Below the pieces are notes generated by a model. The model had not been told where the DNA came from. It worked only from the letters and a program-made list of their open reading frames with translations, and ran no database searches. A DNA stretch of 27,578 nucleotides from a virus (lineage: Duplodnaviria; Caudoviricetes), in the IMG/VR virus record IMGVR_UViG_3300037045_000191, positions 1 through 27,578 of that record. One strand, 5' to 3'. This document shows positions 1 through 8,964 of this stretch, piece by piece. Within the stretch, counting starts at the first letter, position 1. Each line of letters opens with the position of its first letter. A program made the translations under genes and the position numbers.

Positions 1-387
1 CCGTGCTGTTAGGTTAACCAAATCGCTAAAGCGTTTGCTGTTGATAGTAGCCCAAACAAAGGTGTCGTTGGAGTCATTGGAAATGCCAAACTCAGCATGA
101 AAAGTTCTCTGCACTCTCGTTCCTTCGCCCACGGTTACCGTAGTTACCGTCCGAACAATTTTAATGTTGGTTTGCTTCGCGCCGCCAGCAAAAGGCATAA
201 TCATGCCATTCAACACCACTATTCCAGCGGTTACGGAAGCGCCCTGGTCAACACAACCGGACAAAATAAAGTTATCTCCACCAAAATGACGTAGGTTTTC
301 GAGATATGCGTATGCGTTTTGTAAAAACTCCAAACCACTGGTGGTGTTTGGGTAGTCTCTTTTATTGGTTAAGTCAATTGTATTCAT
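1..387 (-). CDS. Probable tail fibre protein, N-terminal part (runs off left edge)
   Basis: Not in ORF track. ATG at 387, open for 129 codons to position 1 (MNTIDLTNKRDYPNTTSGLEFLQNAY...GGDNFILSGCVVT...). Directly follows the baseplate wedge genes. Confidence 0.7.
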   Translation of the reverse strand, partial: MNTIDLTNKRDYPNTTSGLEFLQNAYAYLENLRHFGGDNFILSGCVDQGASVTAGIVVLNGMIMPFAGGAKQTNIKIVRTVTTVTVGEGTRVQRTFHAEFGISNDSNDTFVWATINSKRFSDLVNLTAR

Positions 388-399
388 ATCGTTTTTTTT

Positions 400-921
400 T
401 TAATCCATTAATAACAAATCCTCCGAAGGAACATCAATAGCCACGGGCTGAACTATATCGTAACGCTTACCCGCCAACTTGTAAAAGTCGAGCAATGCCT
501 TAAGGCGGTAATAATCTGGCATACTTAGGTTGAACGGCGTAAAAACAACAAAGTCGAATTCGCCGCCCTCGTAAGCACTGTCGTTGTGTATAATCTCGGC
601 AGATCCTTGGAAATCGTCAAACAAATAAATTGGATAACCATCTTCGTCGGCGTTGATTAAAATTACCTGATACCCACCACTGTCGGTTATATAAAACCGA
701 CGACTATCGGGGTCGAACGCGTCATTAATGGCAGCCGTCAAACGGCATACCTGCCCTGAGTGTCTAATTTTATAGAGATTGTCGGCACGCCACAAATTAA
801 ACGTATTATTCAGCTCTTTAAATGGTGCTAAAAGCGCATTTAAATAAGCCGATATTTTGCTACGCCTTAACAATGGCGGCAAAAGGTAGTTGACAACAAT
901 TGACCAGTTAACTTCGAACAT
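400..921 (-). CDS. Baseplate wedge protein (Mu gp48/P2 gpI-like position)
   Basis: 173 aa, LLPPLLRR start and YKLAGKRY end; lies between baseplate J-like gene and fibre. Confidence 0.65.
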   Translation of the reverse strand: MFEVNWSIVVNYLLPPLLRRSKISAYLNALLAPFKELNNTFNLWRADNLYKIRHSGQVCRLTAAINDAFDPDSRRFYITDSGGYQVILINADEDGYPIYLFDDFQGSAEIIHNDSAYEGGEFDFVVFTPFNLSMPDYYRLKALLDFYKLAGKRYDIVQPVAIDVPSEDLLLMD

Positions 922-1735
922 CGGGGCGATAATTAAGGGTTAAATCAGCATTGGCGATGGTAAGATATCCGCTGTAAGGAATTACTTTGCCGTCAACATT
1001 CGAAAACTCGTTAGTACCATAGCGGCTTTGGCAGGTAAGTATTACTGGAATTTTAACACCCACGGTGCCCTGTAAAGCGTCAACCAACTTTGTAGGCACA
1101 AATTCCCCATTAAACGGCAGCGACTTTATAAACTCTTTTATAGTTTCTTTGGCCGGTTCTGAACTGCTGTTGGAAAGAAGCTTTCCTGTCGAGTTTAGAA
1201 CTAATGGGTCATACCATATATCCATCACCAATTTAAGGTTATCACCATCCGTTGACACAACTATAATTTTAACGCCCGCATCTTTCACCTTGAACATATA
1301 CTCCTCAAACGGAGTTTTTTCGTCGGGGCTTGACGTCGAAAGTGCGGCCAACGAGCCGGACACCTCTTTTGCAACTTTCATAATTAATGTGCCGTTAACC
1401 TCGTCAACCGCCGCGTGTGCCACTATCTTTTTGGTTTCGTCAATAACGGCATAATAATCCTGGTCAGCAACCAAAGAATCGCCAAACTGAAATGCCTTGG
1501 CCTTATTGGCGTACCACTGGCGGTTATGCGTTTGGTTGGTTGCCAATATGGCATTGACCTCGGCCTTATGCTCTTCGAAAAGAGTTTCATGCATCCAAAT
1601 AGCCACAGAAACAACCCAAGCAAAAAGCCTATAAATAGCCACTCTCGAAGTGCTGTAAAGTGCGGCATTCAGCGTGGTGTCGGCTGCAATGCTGTCCATA
1701 ATTGATTGATGTATAGTGTTTACGCTACGTGCCAT
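908..1735 (-). CDS. Baseplate J-like wedge protein (Mu gp47-like)
   Basis: 275 aa, MARSVNTIHQSI start, KDAGV motif, LVDALQGTVGV; baseplate context. Confidence 0.75.
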   Translation of the reverse strand: MARSVNTIHQSIMDSIAADTTLNAALYSTSRVAIYRLFAWVVSVAIWMHETLFEEHKAEVNAILATNQTHNRQWYANKAKAFQFGDSLVADQDYYAVIDETKKIVAHAAVDEVNGTLIMKVAKEVSGSLAALSTSSPDEKTPFEEYMFKVKDAGVKIIVVSTDGDNLKLVMDIWYDPLVLNSTGKLLSNSSSEPAKETIKEFIKSLPFNGEFVPTKLVDALQGTVGVKIPVILTCQSRYGTNEFSNVDGKVIPYSGYLTIANADLTLNYRPDVRS

Positions 1736-1737
1736 TT

Positions 1738-2271
1738 TTATCCTATTAATAGTTCATCTTGTACGGGACCATTAGGCGATACAATAAAATCGACCTCAAT
1801 AGCCCAATAGTCTATTCCTTCGTACTGAGGGATGTTGTCAATTACCGGCTGCTGTCCTGTGGCAGGCTTACGCAACGGTGCAAAATAGTTTCGAATGTTG
1901 CGGTCTCTTACAGTGCCGTTAACCACCAGCGTGGTACCTGGAGCAATAATTCCACTAAAAGAGACATTGTTGTTTCGGCATATGTCAAATACACCTTCCA
2001 CAGAACCAAATAACACGACAGCCATGTCGTATATATTTTGCCCTGGTTCTACCAATCCAAATACAGGTGCGGTACGTTGTGGCTGCGAGTATTTTACTTC
2101 GCCTTCCGGTAGCTGCTGCAGTGATGAAATTTGCAGTTCAGTACCGGCATCAATTATGGAACTATACGACAACCCGTTTGCCTTGCAGACATCAAACAGA
2201 CCCATGATGTGACCAAATTGATTTATGGCCACATCATAGATGGTTTGGTTGGGTTGTACGCTTAGTTTCAT
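1738..2271 (-). CDS. Tandem LysM-like baseplate protein
   Basis: Two repeats VQPNQTIYDVAINQFG...ANGL...AGTELQI and VEPGQNIYDMAVVLFG...NNNV...PGTTLVV; C-terminal EGIDYWAIEVDFIVS. Confidence 0.75.
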   Translation of the reverse strand: MKLSVQPNQTIYDVAINQFGHIMGLFDVCKANGLSYSSIIDAGTELQISSLQQLPEGEVKYSQPQRTAPVFGLVEPGQNIYDMAVVLFGSVEGVFDICRNNNVSFSGIIAPGTTLVVNGTVRDRNIRNYFAPLRKPATGQQPVIDNIPQYEGIDYWAIEVDFIVSPNGPVQDELLIG

Positions 2272-2654
2272 TATTTTTTCAGGCTAATGTGCTTTAAATA
2301 ATAGCCTCCATAAAAGAAAGCCAAAACCATAATAAATCCGGTTGTCAAAGGGCTGTCTGTTACAAACTGTAAAAGACTGGCAGTGTTTGGTGCGTTAAAT
2401 AGGCTTAACACCACGGCGGCCAAAACCAAAACTAAATAGACAGTAACAATGGCAATGGAAACGAACCTTCGAGTATATGACCTAACGGTACTTTCTCCTA
2501 GCGTTTCTTTGGCATATTCGGCAACCTTGTCGGCAAGCTGCATATTCATAGCAGCTCGCTCCTGGTCCGTAAAAGACAACTTGTCTATTCCATTGCTTAT
2601 GGTGTTGAACACCTCTGAGGCGTCCAACCGTCCTTTGAAAAGTTTAAATGCCAT
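2271..2654 (-). CDS. Putative holin
   Basis: 127 aa, soluble N-terminus then two hydrophobic helices ending FFYGG; adjacent to endolysin candidate. Confidence 0.65.
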   Translation of the reverse strand: MAFKLFKGRLDASEVFNTISNGIDKLSFTDQERAAMNMQLADKVAEYAKETLGESTVRSYTRRFVSIAIVTVYLVLVLAAVVLSLFNAPNTASLLQFVTDSPLTTGFIMVLAFFYGGYYLKHISLKK

Positions 2655-3102
2655 TGCTTTCGTCTTTAATGGTGTATGTTACTTTGTTTTTTTTGATAAG
2701 TTCGTCGTAAATCAGCTTATATAAAGCCGTATAACAGTCAACCGATTGCGAAATGGTAAAATCACTTTTGGTTGTGTGGCTTGTATAACCAACCAGTTGG
2801 CAACCTTCCGTATCATCGTCGGTATTGCCAACGTGGATGTATATGTTTTTGAAGTTGGGCACATTAGCCAACTCAATGTGATAGCGAAAAAAATTGAACC
2901 TTCCACGGTACTTTTTAGTAAGTGGAGTAAGCTCAGTTCTTAACTGAAGGTCGTAAGTTCCGGCGGCTATTCTGGTTTTGCCGGGTATTTTGACTTCGCG
3001 CTTTTCGTCCTCAAGCACAAAGCTGAACAACTTACCATCAACAAACAGGGCACCAAGGGTGCTATTGTCCGTATGTATTAGCCTTTGATTAATTATTTCC
3101 AT
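2644..3102 (-). CDS. DUF5675-like putative endolysin (YkuD-type His/Cys motif)
   Basis: STLGALFVDG...LED...TRIAAGTY and IHVGNTDDDTEGCQLVG motifs; next to holin candidate. Confidence 0.75.
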   Translation of the reverse strand: MEIINQRLIHTDNSTLGALFVDGKLFSFVLEDEKREVKIPGKTRIAAGTYDLQLRTELTPLTKKYRGRFNFFRYHIELANVPNFKNIYIHVGNTDDDTEGCQLVGYTSHTTKSDFTISQSVDCYTALYKLIYDELIKKNKVTYTIKDESNGI

Positions 3103-3106
3103 AATG

Positions 3107-3406
3107 TTAGTATTTGGGGGTGTAACCTATTTGCAAATCTCCATTATCATCGACTTTCCAGTCGGCTTTGTAGCCGTCGGCCTCGAACTGGACATTTATT
3201 TCGCGACGCATACTTTTCAGGTCGGTTTTCTGTCCTTTAACCCATTGAATCATCCCAACCCCAACAGTTGGCGATTCCTTAAATGAGTTTTTCGTACAAC
3301 CTAAAAGAAGGTCGATGTTCTGGCCATCGCTATCACCAACAACCATGTCTCCCGATGCGGTTGCCATGTCGTAGTTTTCGTCTAATAGTATATCCGCGCG
3401 TGCCAT
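3107..3406 (-). CDS. Baseplate wedge/sheath initiator (gp46/gp25-like)
   Basis: 99 aa, DILLDENYD...GDMVVGDS...KESPTVGVG; follows spike gene. Confidence 0.65.
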   Translation of the reverse strand: MARADILLDENYDMATASGDMVVGDSDGQNIDLLLGCTKNSFKESPTVGVGMIQWVKGQKTDLKSMRREINVQFEADGYKADWKVDDNGDLQIGYTPKY

Positions 3407-3933
3407 TAGTGTTTAATTTTCTCGTTTTCAATTTCAGAATAATCACCAAGCGCTTTGCCTGTAATCGCTCCTTTTAGTGCAGCTTGCAAAGCACTTGGAG
3501 AACCGTTGCCGGGCTCTGTTATCTGCGTTCCGTTAATAATGTCAATTAGCCCTGTCAATAGCTGGTTGGTTTTACCCAGCTCCTCCACCAATTTCGGAGT
3601 TATTGTAAGACCGCCGTTTTCGCCGTTCATAAAAACAACCTCGTCAATGTCGTCGCAAGCCACCACGTATCCGTCGGTTGGGCTATTGTTAACCAATACC
3701 ACCAATACGTTGGCACCCTCATTGGGATAGACAACCATGGTTTTTTCTGCCGAGCCAATGACCGAGTGCAAACGACATTTGTGCAGGATTGGCTGCTCGA
3801 AGCGCTCAACATCGCAGGTGTTTTCGCTTTTGTCGACAGACCCTGCAACCACTGTACCATCGGTAACCGAAACAGTAAGCCCACGGCGAACCATCATGGT
3901 CAATAAGCGTTCAAATGTTGCTTCTAAACTCAT
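3406..3933 (-). CDS. Baseplate spike protein (Mu gp45/gpV-like)
   Basis: OB-fold-like N-terminus (TCDVE...VVYPNEGANVLV), NGENGGL motif; follows hub gene. Confidence 0.7.
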   Translation of the reverse strand: MSLEATFERLLTMMVRRGLTVSVTDGTVVAGSVDKSENTCDVERFEQPILHKCRLHSVIGSAEKTMVVYPNEGANVLVVLVNNSPTDGYVVACDDIDEVVFMNGENGGLTITPKLVEELGKTNQLLTGLIDIINGTQITEPGNGSPSALQAALKGAITGKALGDYSEIENEKIKH

Positions 3934-4925
3934 GGTCGCATAGTGTTGGCAGTTACGCCGGGCGAATCAACCCTAAAACTGAGGGTATTAACTCGCTCGA
4001 ATCCGGTGCTGAGGTTATACTTAATTTCAACTTTCTCAATTAAATAACTGCCATCGCGCTCGGGGTTTTCAAGGTCGGTAACGTTAAGGGTATCGCCCGC
4101 GTGGGTACGAGGGAAAGCAAAACCCGTTATCGTGCCTGTATATCCGTCAAAGGACAGTTTGCTGTGCATCTTTTCGGCAGCCAATTCTAATTCGTCGGCT
4201 GAAACGTCGCCAAAGTTGAGGGTTCGTACCGAGGCATCTTTATCGGTGCTACCCACTTCTTTTTTTATTTTCTTTCCATCGCGTTTGTTGGCAATGGCCA
4301 CTATTTTAATCTTTACATCCTCAGCCCTGGCATACTTCAAATCGTTACTGTGCTTTACATTGCGGCCAATAACATAGTTATGCTCTTGACCGTAGCCACG
4401 CACATCGTAAGCAAACTGACAAACTAACTCTTCGCCACGTATATAAGAATAAAACCCATATTGCTCCACCAAAGCCATTAAAACACGGTAACTTGAAGCG
4501 TTAGAAATCTGGAATGCTCCAAGATTAACATCAGGAGCTGTAATGGTATAACCTGGTGCAATATATGCTAACAATGCCTTTAGAGTTACTTCCGGCCATG
4601 ACTTTAGCCACGAATTACGTTTCAGTGGCCAAAATTCGTCATCGAAGTGCAAAACCAAGGGCGAACCGCTTTCAATTTTTGACAGATAACCGGTAAATTC
4701 GGGATAATATTTTAATCCTGTCCCCAATTCTATAGCAACGCTCTGACCGACCTTCAGATACTCCAAAACGCCTTTACCCTTTAACTCTTTGTAGTTTCGT
4801 GGCAAAGTAACGGTTGCTTTGTCGCCCATTTCAACCACGCTTTCCAAAATGTAAACCTCGTTGACATTGTTGAAAACAACATTGCCAACGGTAATTCTTG
4901 CACATGGTTCGTAGTAGAGTAACAT
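3930..4925 (-). CDS. Baseplate hub protein (Mu gp44/P2 gpD-like)
   Basis: 331 aa, DKATVTLP, FTGYLSKI, GYTGTITGFAFP...GD, GSYLIEKVE motifs. Confidence 0.8.
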   Translation of the reverse strand: MLLYYEPCARITVGNVVFNNVNEVYILESVVEMGDKATVTLPRNYKELKGKGVLEYLKVGQSVAIELGTGLKYYPEFTGYLSKIESGSPLVLHFDDEFWPLKRNSWLKSWPEVTLKALLAYIAPGYTITAPDVNLGAFQISNASSYRVLMALVEQYGFYSYIRGEELVCQFAYDVRGYGQEHNYVIGRNVKHSNDLKYARAEDVKIKIVAIANKRDGKKIKKEVGSTDKDASVRTLNFGDVSADELELAAEKMHSKLSFDGYTGTITGFAFPRTHAGDTLNVTDLENPERDGSYLIEKVEIKYNLSTGFERVNTLSFRVDSPGVTANTMRP

Positions 4926-4930
4926 ATCGC

Positions 4931-5581
4931 TTAGGTTATATCAAATTCGGCACTCTCAACGCTTATGGCGTTAACGCTCCACTTAACAGTGTCAACGTAA
5001 CCCTCCACAAAATCGACCTTGAAAGCACTTTCGAAAAAGATGTCGTTAATGGACAAATCGTCAAAAATATCGCCTACGGCTTTGTAAACTCCGGGGTTGT
5101 CAAATATGCCGTGAACCTCACGAACCAAGTCGCCCGGGTACTGATGGTCTGCCACATCGACCAAAATGCCTTGCATGCTAATTCTATAGGCCCGGTTTCC
5201 AAAGTTCTCAATCATTTCGTGGCGTGAGCGGTCAATGGGAGTAACCACAACATGTTTATCGCGGGTAAACGAGACCATTGGCGGAGGCGCAAGAAAGCGT
5301 CTTATTGTTGGTCTCTGTGGAACAAAGGGAAGGGCAGGGATACCCGATTCAATCATATCAACCCCCCATGCGTAGGTATCGCCTGTTTCCCTATTTACAA
5401 AGTACATTTCAGCAAAGCGGCTATCTGCAGGTCGATAGGACGGCAACCTGAAAAAGTAAGGCAACAACTTTAGTGCAGCACCAAAAACTTGCGGAGCTAC
5501 GGTTCCGTAGCCAAAAGCGGCCACGTGCCTGTCCATAAGTTCGCGAGCTGAAATAAATGTTTTAGGTTGATTTGTTGCCAT
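4931..5581 (-). CDS. DUF6046-like tail tube initiator/hub-associated protein
   Basis: PMVSFTRDKHVVVTPI...IENFG...YRISMQGIL...QYP pattern; lies before hub gene. Confidence 0.65.
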   Translation of the reverse strand: MATNQPKTFISARELMDRHVAAFGYGTVAPQVFGAALKLLPYFFRLPSYRPADSRFAEMYFVNRETGDTYAWGVDMIESGIPALPFVPQRPTIRRFLAPPPMVSFTRDKHVVVTPIDRSRHEMIENFGNRAYRISMQGILVDVADHQYPGDLVREVHGIFDNPGVYKAVGDIFDDLSINDIFFESAFKVDFVEGYVDTVKWSVNAISVESAEFDIT

Positions 5582-6124
5582 ATCCTATAATTCCTACATC
5601 AGTTAACCACTTTAGCTGTTTCATTTTTTCAAACCATACATCATCGGGGAGTTTTTCCGGGAATGGTATGTGCATGAAGTATGAAAGTAGGGCGTCCCCT
5701 TGACGAACGTAGTTTGAAATCTCTCTCTTTTTGCTGTCCTCGTCATCTACGGTGTCAATTGGCGGGTAGCCCTCTATAAGTTTTTTATGACTGCCTTTTG
5801 AACTGGCAGTATCTCAGCAAGGGCGTTAAACGCAGCCAAGAATTTATCGTCGTTGGCCATAATGTCATCCTTGTGGGTGAGCAAACAGGCTTTCAAAATT
5901 ATCTCTTTGGCTTTGTCGGGCTTTTTGTCCAGCCATTTTTCGAACTCGGACATTTCAACACGTCCCGGCACGCGCATAACCACTTCAAATGGCTCAAAGG
6001 CTTCGTCATCGGACGTAAGCAGCGCAGCTTTAATTTTCTTTTCGCCAAAAGTGGCTTTCCAAGCAGCCAGCATTTCAGCGGTAACACCTGCAGGTAACTG
6101 AATTTCTAAGTTTTTCTTTGTCAT
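5562..6124 (-). CDS. Frameshifted tail assembly chaperone (gpGT-like, about 187 aa)
   Basis: -1 slip at AAAAAAC (5786..5780) opens 72 further codons LIEGYPPIDTVDDED...PEKLPDDVWFEKMKQLKWL...NKST, stop at 5562, filling the apparent gap. Confidence 0.8.
5774..6124 (-). CDS. Tail assembly chaperone (gpG-like)
   Basis: 116 aa directly after tube gene; ends on slippery A AAA AAC. Confidence 0.8.
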   Translation of the reverse strand: MTKKNLEIQLPAGVTAEMLAAWKATFGEKKIKAALLTSDDEAFEPFEVVMRVPGRVEMSEFEKWLDKKPDKAKEIILKACLLTHKDDIMANDDKFLAAFNALAEILPVQKAVIKNL

Positions 6125-6136
6125 GGGGTTTGTTTT

Positions 6137-6170
6137 AAAAAAGCCTTTGCCGTTCCTGACAAAGGCTTTT
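6137..6170 (-). terminator. Intrinsic terminator between tube and chaperone genes
   Basis: Minus strand AAAAGCCTTTGTC-AGGAAC-GGCAAAGGCTTTTTT; T-tracts on both strands. Confidence 0.8.
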
Positions 6171-6201
6171 GTTGATTAGTTAAATGATGCTTAAATATCC
6201 A

Positions 6202-6624
6202 TTAAAGGAAGTTGTTGTAATCAATGTCGAGAACAAAAAGCGTGTATTGTTTCTTGATGTCCATATCGCCACCAACATCCCTGCCCTGGTTTTGGAACTT
6301 CACAGTTAAGGTGTCGTTTACAATCAGGTTGCTTTCATTTACGAAAGTCACGTTGATGTTGAAAGGTCGGATGTCTAACAGATTACCACCGGCAGCTTTT
6401 TCAATGCTGCTGGCCGAAGCCAATCGCAACGTAATGGTAGCCGTGTCTTCTATTTTCCCACGTGACCAGGAACTGGCCTTGTTTGACCCTAAAGAAAAGT
6501 TCTTTTGGTGCTCCTGTTCGGTATTGTAGGTTATTTCGGTGACCTCGTAAAATATGCTTCCAAACATGGCAATGGTAACATCACCACTGTCGAAAGCTTT
6601 TCCGTTTCTGTTAATTATTGCCAT
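6202..6624 (-). CDS. Tail tube protein
   Basis: 140 aa beta-rich protein right after sheath. Confidence 0.8.
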   Translation of the reverse strand: MAIINRNGKAFDSGDVTIAMFGSIFYEVTEITYNTEQEHQKNFSLGSNKASSWSRGKIEDTATITLRLASASSIEKAAGGNLLDIRPFNINVTFVNESNLIVNDTLTVKFQNQGRDVGGDMDIKKQYTLFVLDIDYNNFL

Positions 6625-6626
6625 GG

Positions 6627-7919
6627 CTACAACGATTTTTTGATTGATATTGTGGCGTTAACTTGTCCAACTATGCCGGTAGGCACGAAAGGAAAAGAAA
6701 CTACAAGGGCTTTGTCGCCCGTTAACAGGTCGCTGTTTGCGTCCACCTTTGAAGTTCCGCCACTTATTTCGCCGGCGGCCAACATCTCAAAGTAAGCCTG
6801 GTTGGCAATACCCTCAAAATACTTTACCATGCCCGTGGGCAGTTTTCCGGTTTCTGTGTCCAACGGAACGGTACTTTTAACTTTGGGCAGCAAATAACGG
6901 CGAACCAAGCGAGCTAACTTGTTTTGGGTAGCACCCAAAGCAATGGTGTGCACGTTCATGTTTCCGTCGGCATCAATTATGATGGGAGCGCAAACATGGT
7001 CATCGTTCCAACGATAACCGGCTATTCCGGTGTAGGATAACCCAAAAATATAGCCTTTATCGTTGATGCCCTGAAGGTCGTCCTCGCGGGCTGTAATTTT
7101 GGTGTGGTCGCTCAATCCGGCAGTAAGCCAAATCAGTTTTTTAGCATCCGCAATGTTAAGGTTATTAGGGTCTCCCTCTTCACCAACCTCACCAGGATGG
7201 AAATTAACTTGAATTCCGGCTTTCGTTCCCGTAAAAGTACCAACATCAGCGGCCTTTTGGTAAGCTCCGGCAAAATCGTCGTAATAGTCGTAATCCTGAC
7301 CAACAACAACCGAAACGTTTTCGTAACGCTGCACTGTTGACGATACTTCAATGCCCCGCAAGTTCTGGTAAGCTGAGGCTAAACCGTTCATCCCGCGACC
7401 CTCTAAAAACACATTTAAGGGCCGGTCCGTATCGAAACTCCAGTCGTGTAACGCTTGGGCTACAGGAATGGCATCGCTAACCACTTTTTCAAGTCCGTTG
7501 ACATAGGTTGGAGAATAGTCGCTTTGAGGGGAATACGCCACAGCAAGGTAGCGGATTTCTCCTTTTGCACCGGCAACCAACGCGTGTCCGTGGTCGGTCA
7601 TCATGGTGGCCATATCCTTGGTTACGGCTGCCAGCATGATATACAGTTTAGTTCCCTCGCCTGCCATGCGATAAAATTCGGTAATGTGCCGGTAAACGTT
7701 CACTTTTTGGGCGACGTCATAAGCAGCATTAATACCCAAATCCTCGGCATCTTTTGGTTTGGTTAAGGTCTTCACAACCCCGTTGGCGATGCCCAAAATC
7801 TCTCCCTCAACCGCAGCAATAGCGGGCGCATTAATCAACAGCGCAGAGCAGCCGTCAAGGTTCTCGACATTTGCACCAACGGCACCTTTTCCAACGATTA
7901 CGCCTCTAATGTTACTCAT
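6627..7919 (-). CDS. Tail sheath protein (DUF2586-like)
   Basis: 430 aa; HITEFYRMAGEGTKLY, KGYIF...GIAGYRWNDD, C-terminal FVPTGIVGQVNATISI. Confidence 0.85.
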   Translation of the reverse strand: MSNIRGVIVGKGAVGANVENLDGCSALLINAPAIAAVEGEILGIANGVVKTLTKPKDAEDLGINAAYDVAQKVNVYRHITEFYRMAGEGTKLYIMLAAVTKDMATMMTDHGHALVAGAKGEIRYLAVAYSPQSDYSPTYVNGLEKVVSDAIPVAQALHDWSFDTDRPLNVFLEGRGMNGLASAYQNLRGIEVSSTVQRYENVSVVVGQDYDYYDDFAGAYQKAADVGTFTGTKAGIQVNFHPGEVGEEGDPNNLNIADAKKLIWLTAGLSDHTKITAREDDLQGINDKGYIFGLSYTGIAGYRWNDDHVCAPIIIDADGNMNVHTIALGATQNKLARLVRRYLLPKVKSTVPLDTETGKLPTGMVKYFEGIANQAYFEMLAAGEISGGTSKVDANSDLLTGDKALVVSFPFVPTGIVGQVNATISIKKSL

Positions 7920-7921
7920 GG

Positions 7922-8248
7922 CTATTGATTTTTAAGTGATTTGCGGTCAATTTCGACAACCTTTTTTGGGTCGTCAGACATGTCGGCCATACACTTCATG
8001 GTGAAGTATTCGCCGCGTGAGTTTTTCCAAATCTTATCGACACCGAATTTGTTCATGATGTCAAGTTCGACTTTCTCCAGTGGCTTAACCTTTGGTTTTT
8101 CACTGGACTTCAATTCCTTGATTTGTTCGGACACCCCCTTGAGCTCTTCCTGCAACGTTGCCTTTTCCTCTTTGGTTTTGGCTAATTTCAGATTCGCAAT
8201 AAGTGCGGTATTTTTTTCTTCAAGTTCTTGTAATGATGCTATGCTCAT
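7922..8248 (-). CDS. Hypothetical protein with N-terminal coiled coil
   Basis: 108 aa, in operon, start overlaps upstream stop. Confidence 0.6.
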   Translation of the reverse strand: MSIASLQELEEKNTALIANLKLAKTKEEKATLQEELKGVSEQIKELKSSEKPKVKPLEKVELDIMNKFGVDKIWKNSRGEYFTMKCMADMSDDPKKVVEIDRKSLKNQ

Positions 8249-8484
8249 TCCATTATTTTTTTGATGTTAAACAGTAGGGCGACAATAACCCCAACAACTG
8301 ATATAGTTCCGGATACCCACACCGACCTCGATTCCACTTTACCAAGCCTCTCTCTAACGTCGTAAAAGTCCGGTTCAAGCTTGTCGAGCTTTTTATTGAC
8401 CGCGTCCATTTGGTCGGACAACCGTATCAAAAGTTCTCTCTGTGTAAGCTTGGTTTTATCCACTATCTGGTCATTGCCGCCCAT
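8245..8484 (-). CDS. Small coiled-coil protein with C-terminal TM helix (XhlA/holin-like)
   Basis: 79 aa; heptad region then VWVSGTISVVGVIVALLF. Confidence 0.6.
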   Translation of the reverse strand: MGGNDQIVDKTKLTQRELLIRLSDQMDAVNKKLDKLEPDFYDVRERLGKVESRSVWVSGTISVVGVIVALLFNIKKIME

Positions 8485-8496
8485 TCAACAGGTGTT

Positions 8497-8952
8497 TTAT
8501 TGTTGCAAACTCAGGTGCGTGGTTTTAAGCGTAGCCCGCACCCCTGTTTTGTTACCCTTTGCCTGTACCTTAATAAACCTGTATGCCGCGGTAGCACTCG
8601 AAGTTATAAGAGCCGTTGTGTCTGCGGTTGTCATTTTCCATACTACGGTTTGGATTGATACATACTTTGTCCCGTCAAGCGACCCCAAAACACTAAACGT
8701 TATGGTACTGTCAGCTGATGCCACTTTATCTGCAGAAACCTGCACCACATAGTTATACTTAAAAGGCTTTTGTACCCAAAATACTTTCGAAGGTATAACG
8801 GTAGTGCCGTTAACAGTGTCGGCAGGTGTTGCCAACGCGGTTCGATACATGTCGGCGCGGTCAAACTTAACATCGTAAGTTTGTGCCATTGAAGTGCCAA
8901 CCATGGAAACCATGGCCAGCACTAAGGTGATTATAATTCGTGTGATACGCAT
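8497..8952 (-). CDS. Signal-peptide-bearing beta-sandwich protein (possible capsid decoration protein)
   Basis: MRITRIIITLVLAMVSMVGTSMA|QTY is a Sec/SPI-like signal with Gln at +1; VLGSLDGTKY and AYRFIKV resemble a jelly-roll fold; directly after capsid gene. Confidence 0.6.
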   Translation of the reverse strand: MRITRIIITLVLAMVSMVGTSMAQTYDVKFDRADMYRTALATPADTVNGTTVIPSKVFWVQKPFKYNYVVQVSADKVASADSTITFSVLGSLDGTKYVSIQTVVWKMTTADTTALITSSATAAYRFIKVQAKGNKTGVRATLKTTHLSLQQ

Positions 8953-8964
8953 ACTATTTTTTGT

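Noticed and set aside
392-401. T10 homopolymer as a phase-variation site
   Set aside because: Essentially intergenic; reads as the A-rich translation leader of the fibre gene.
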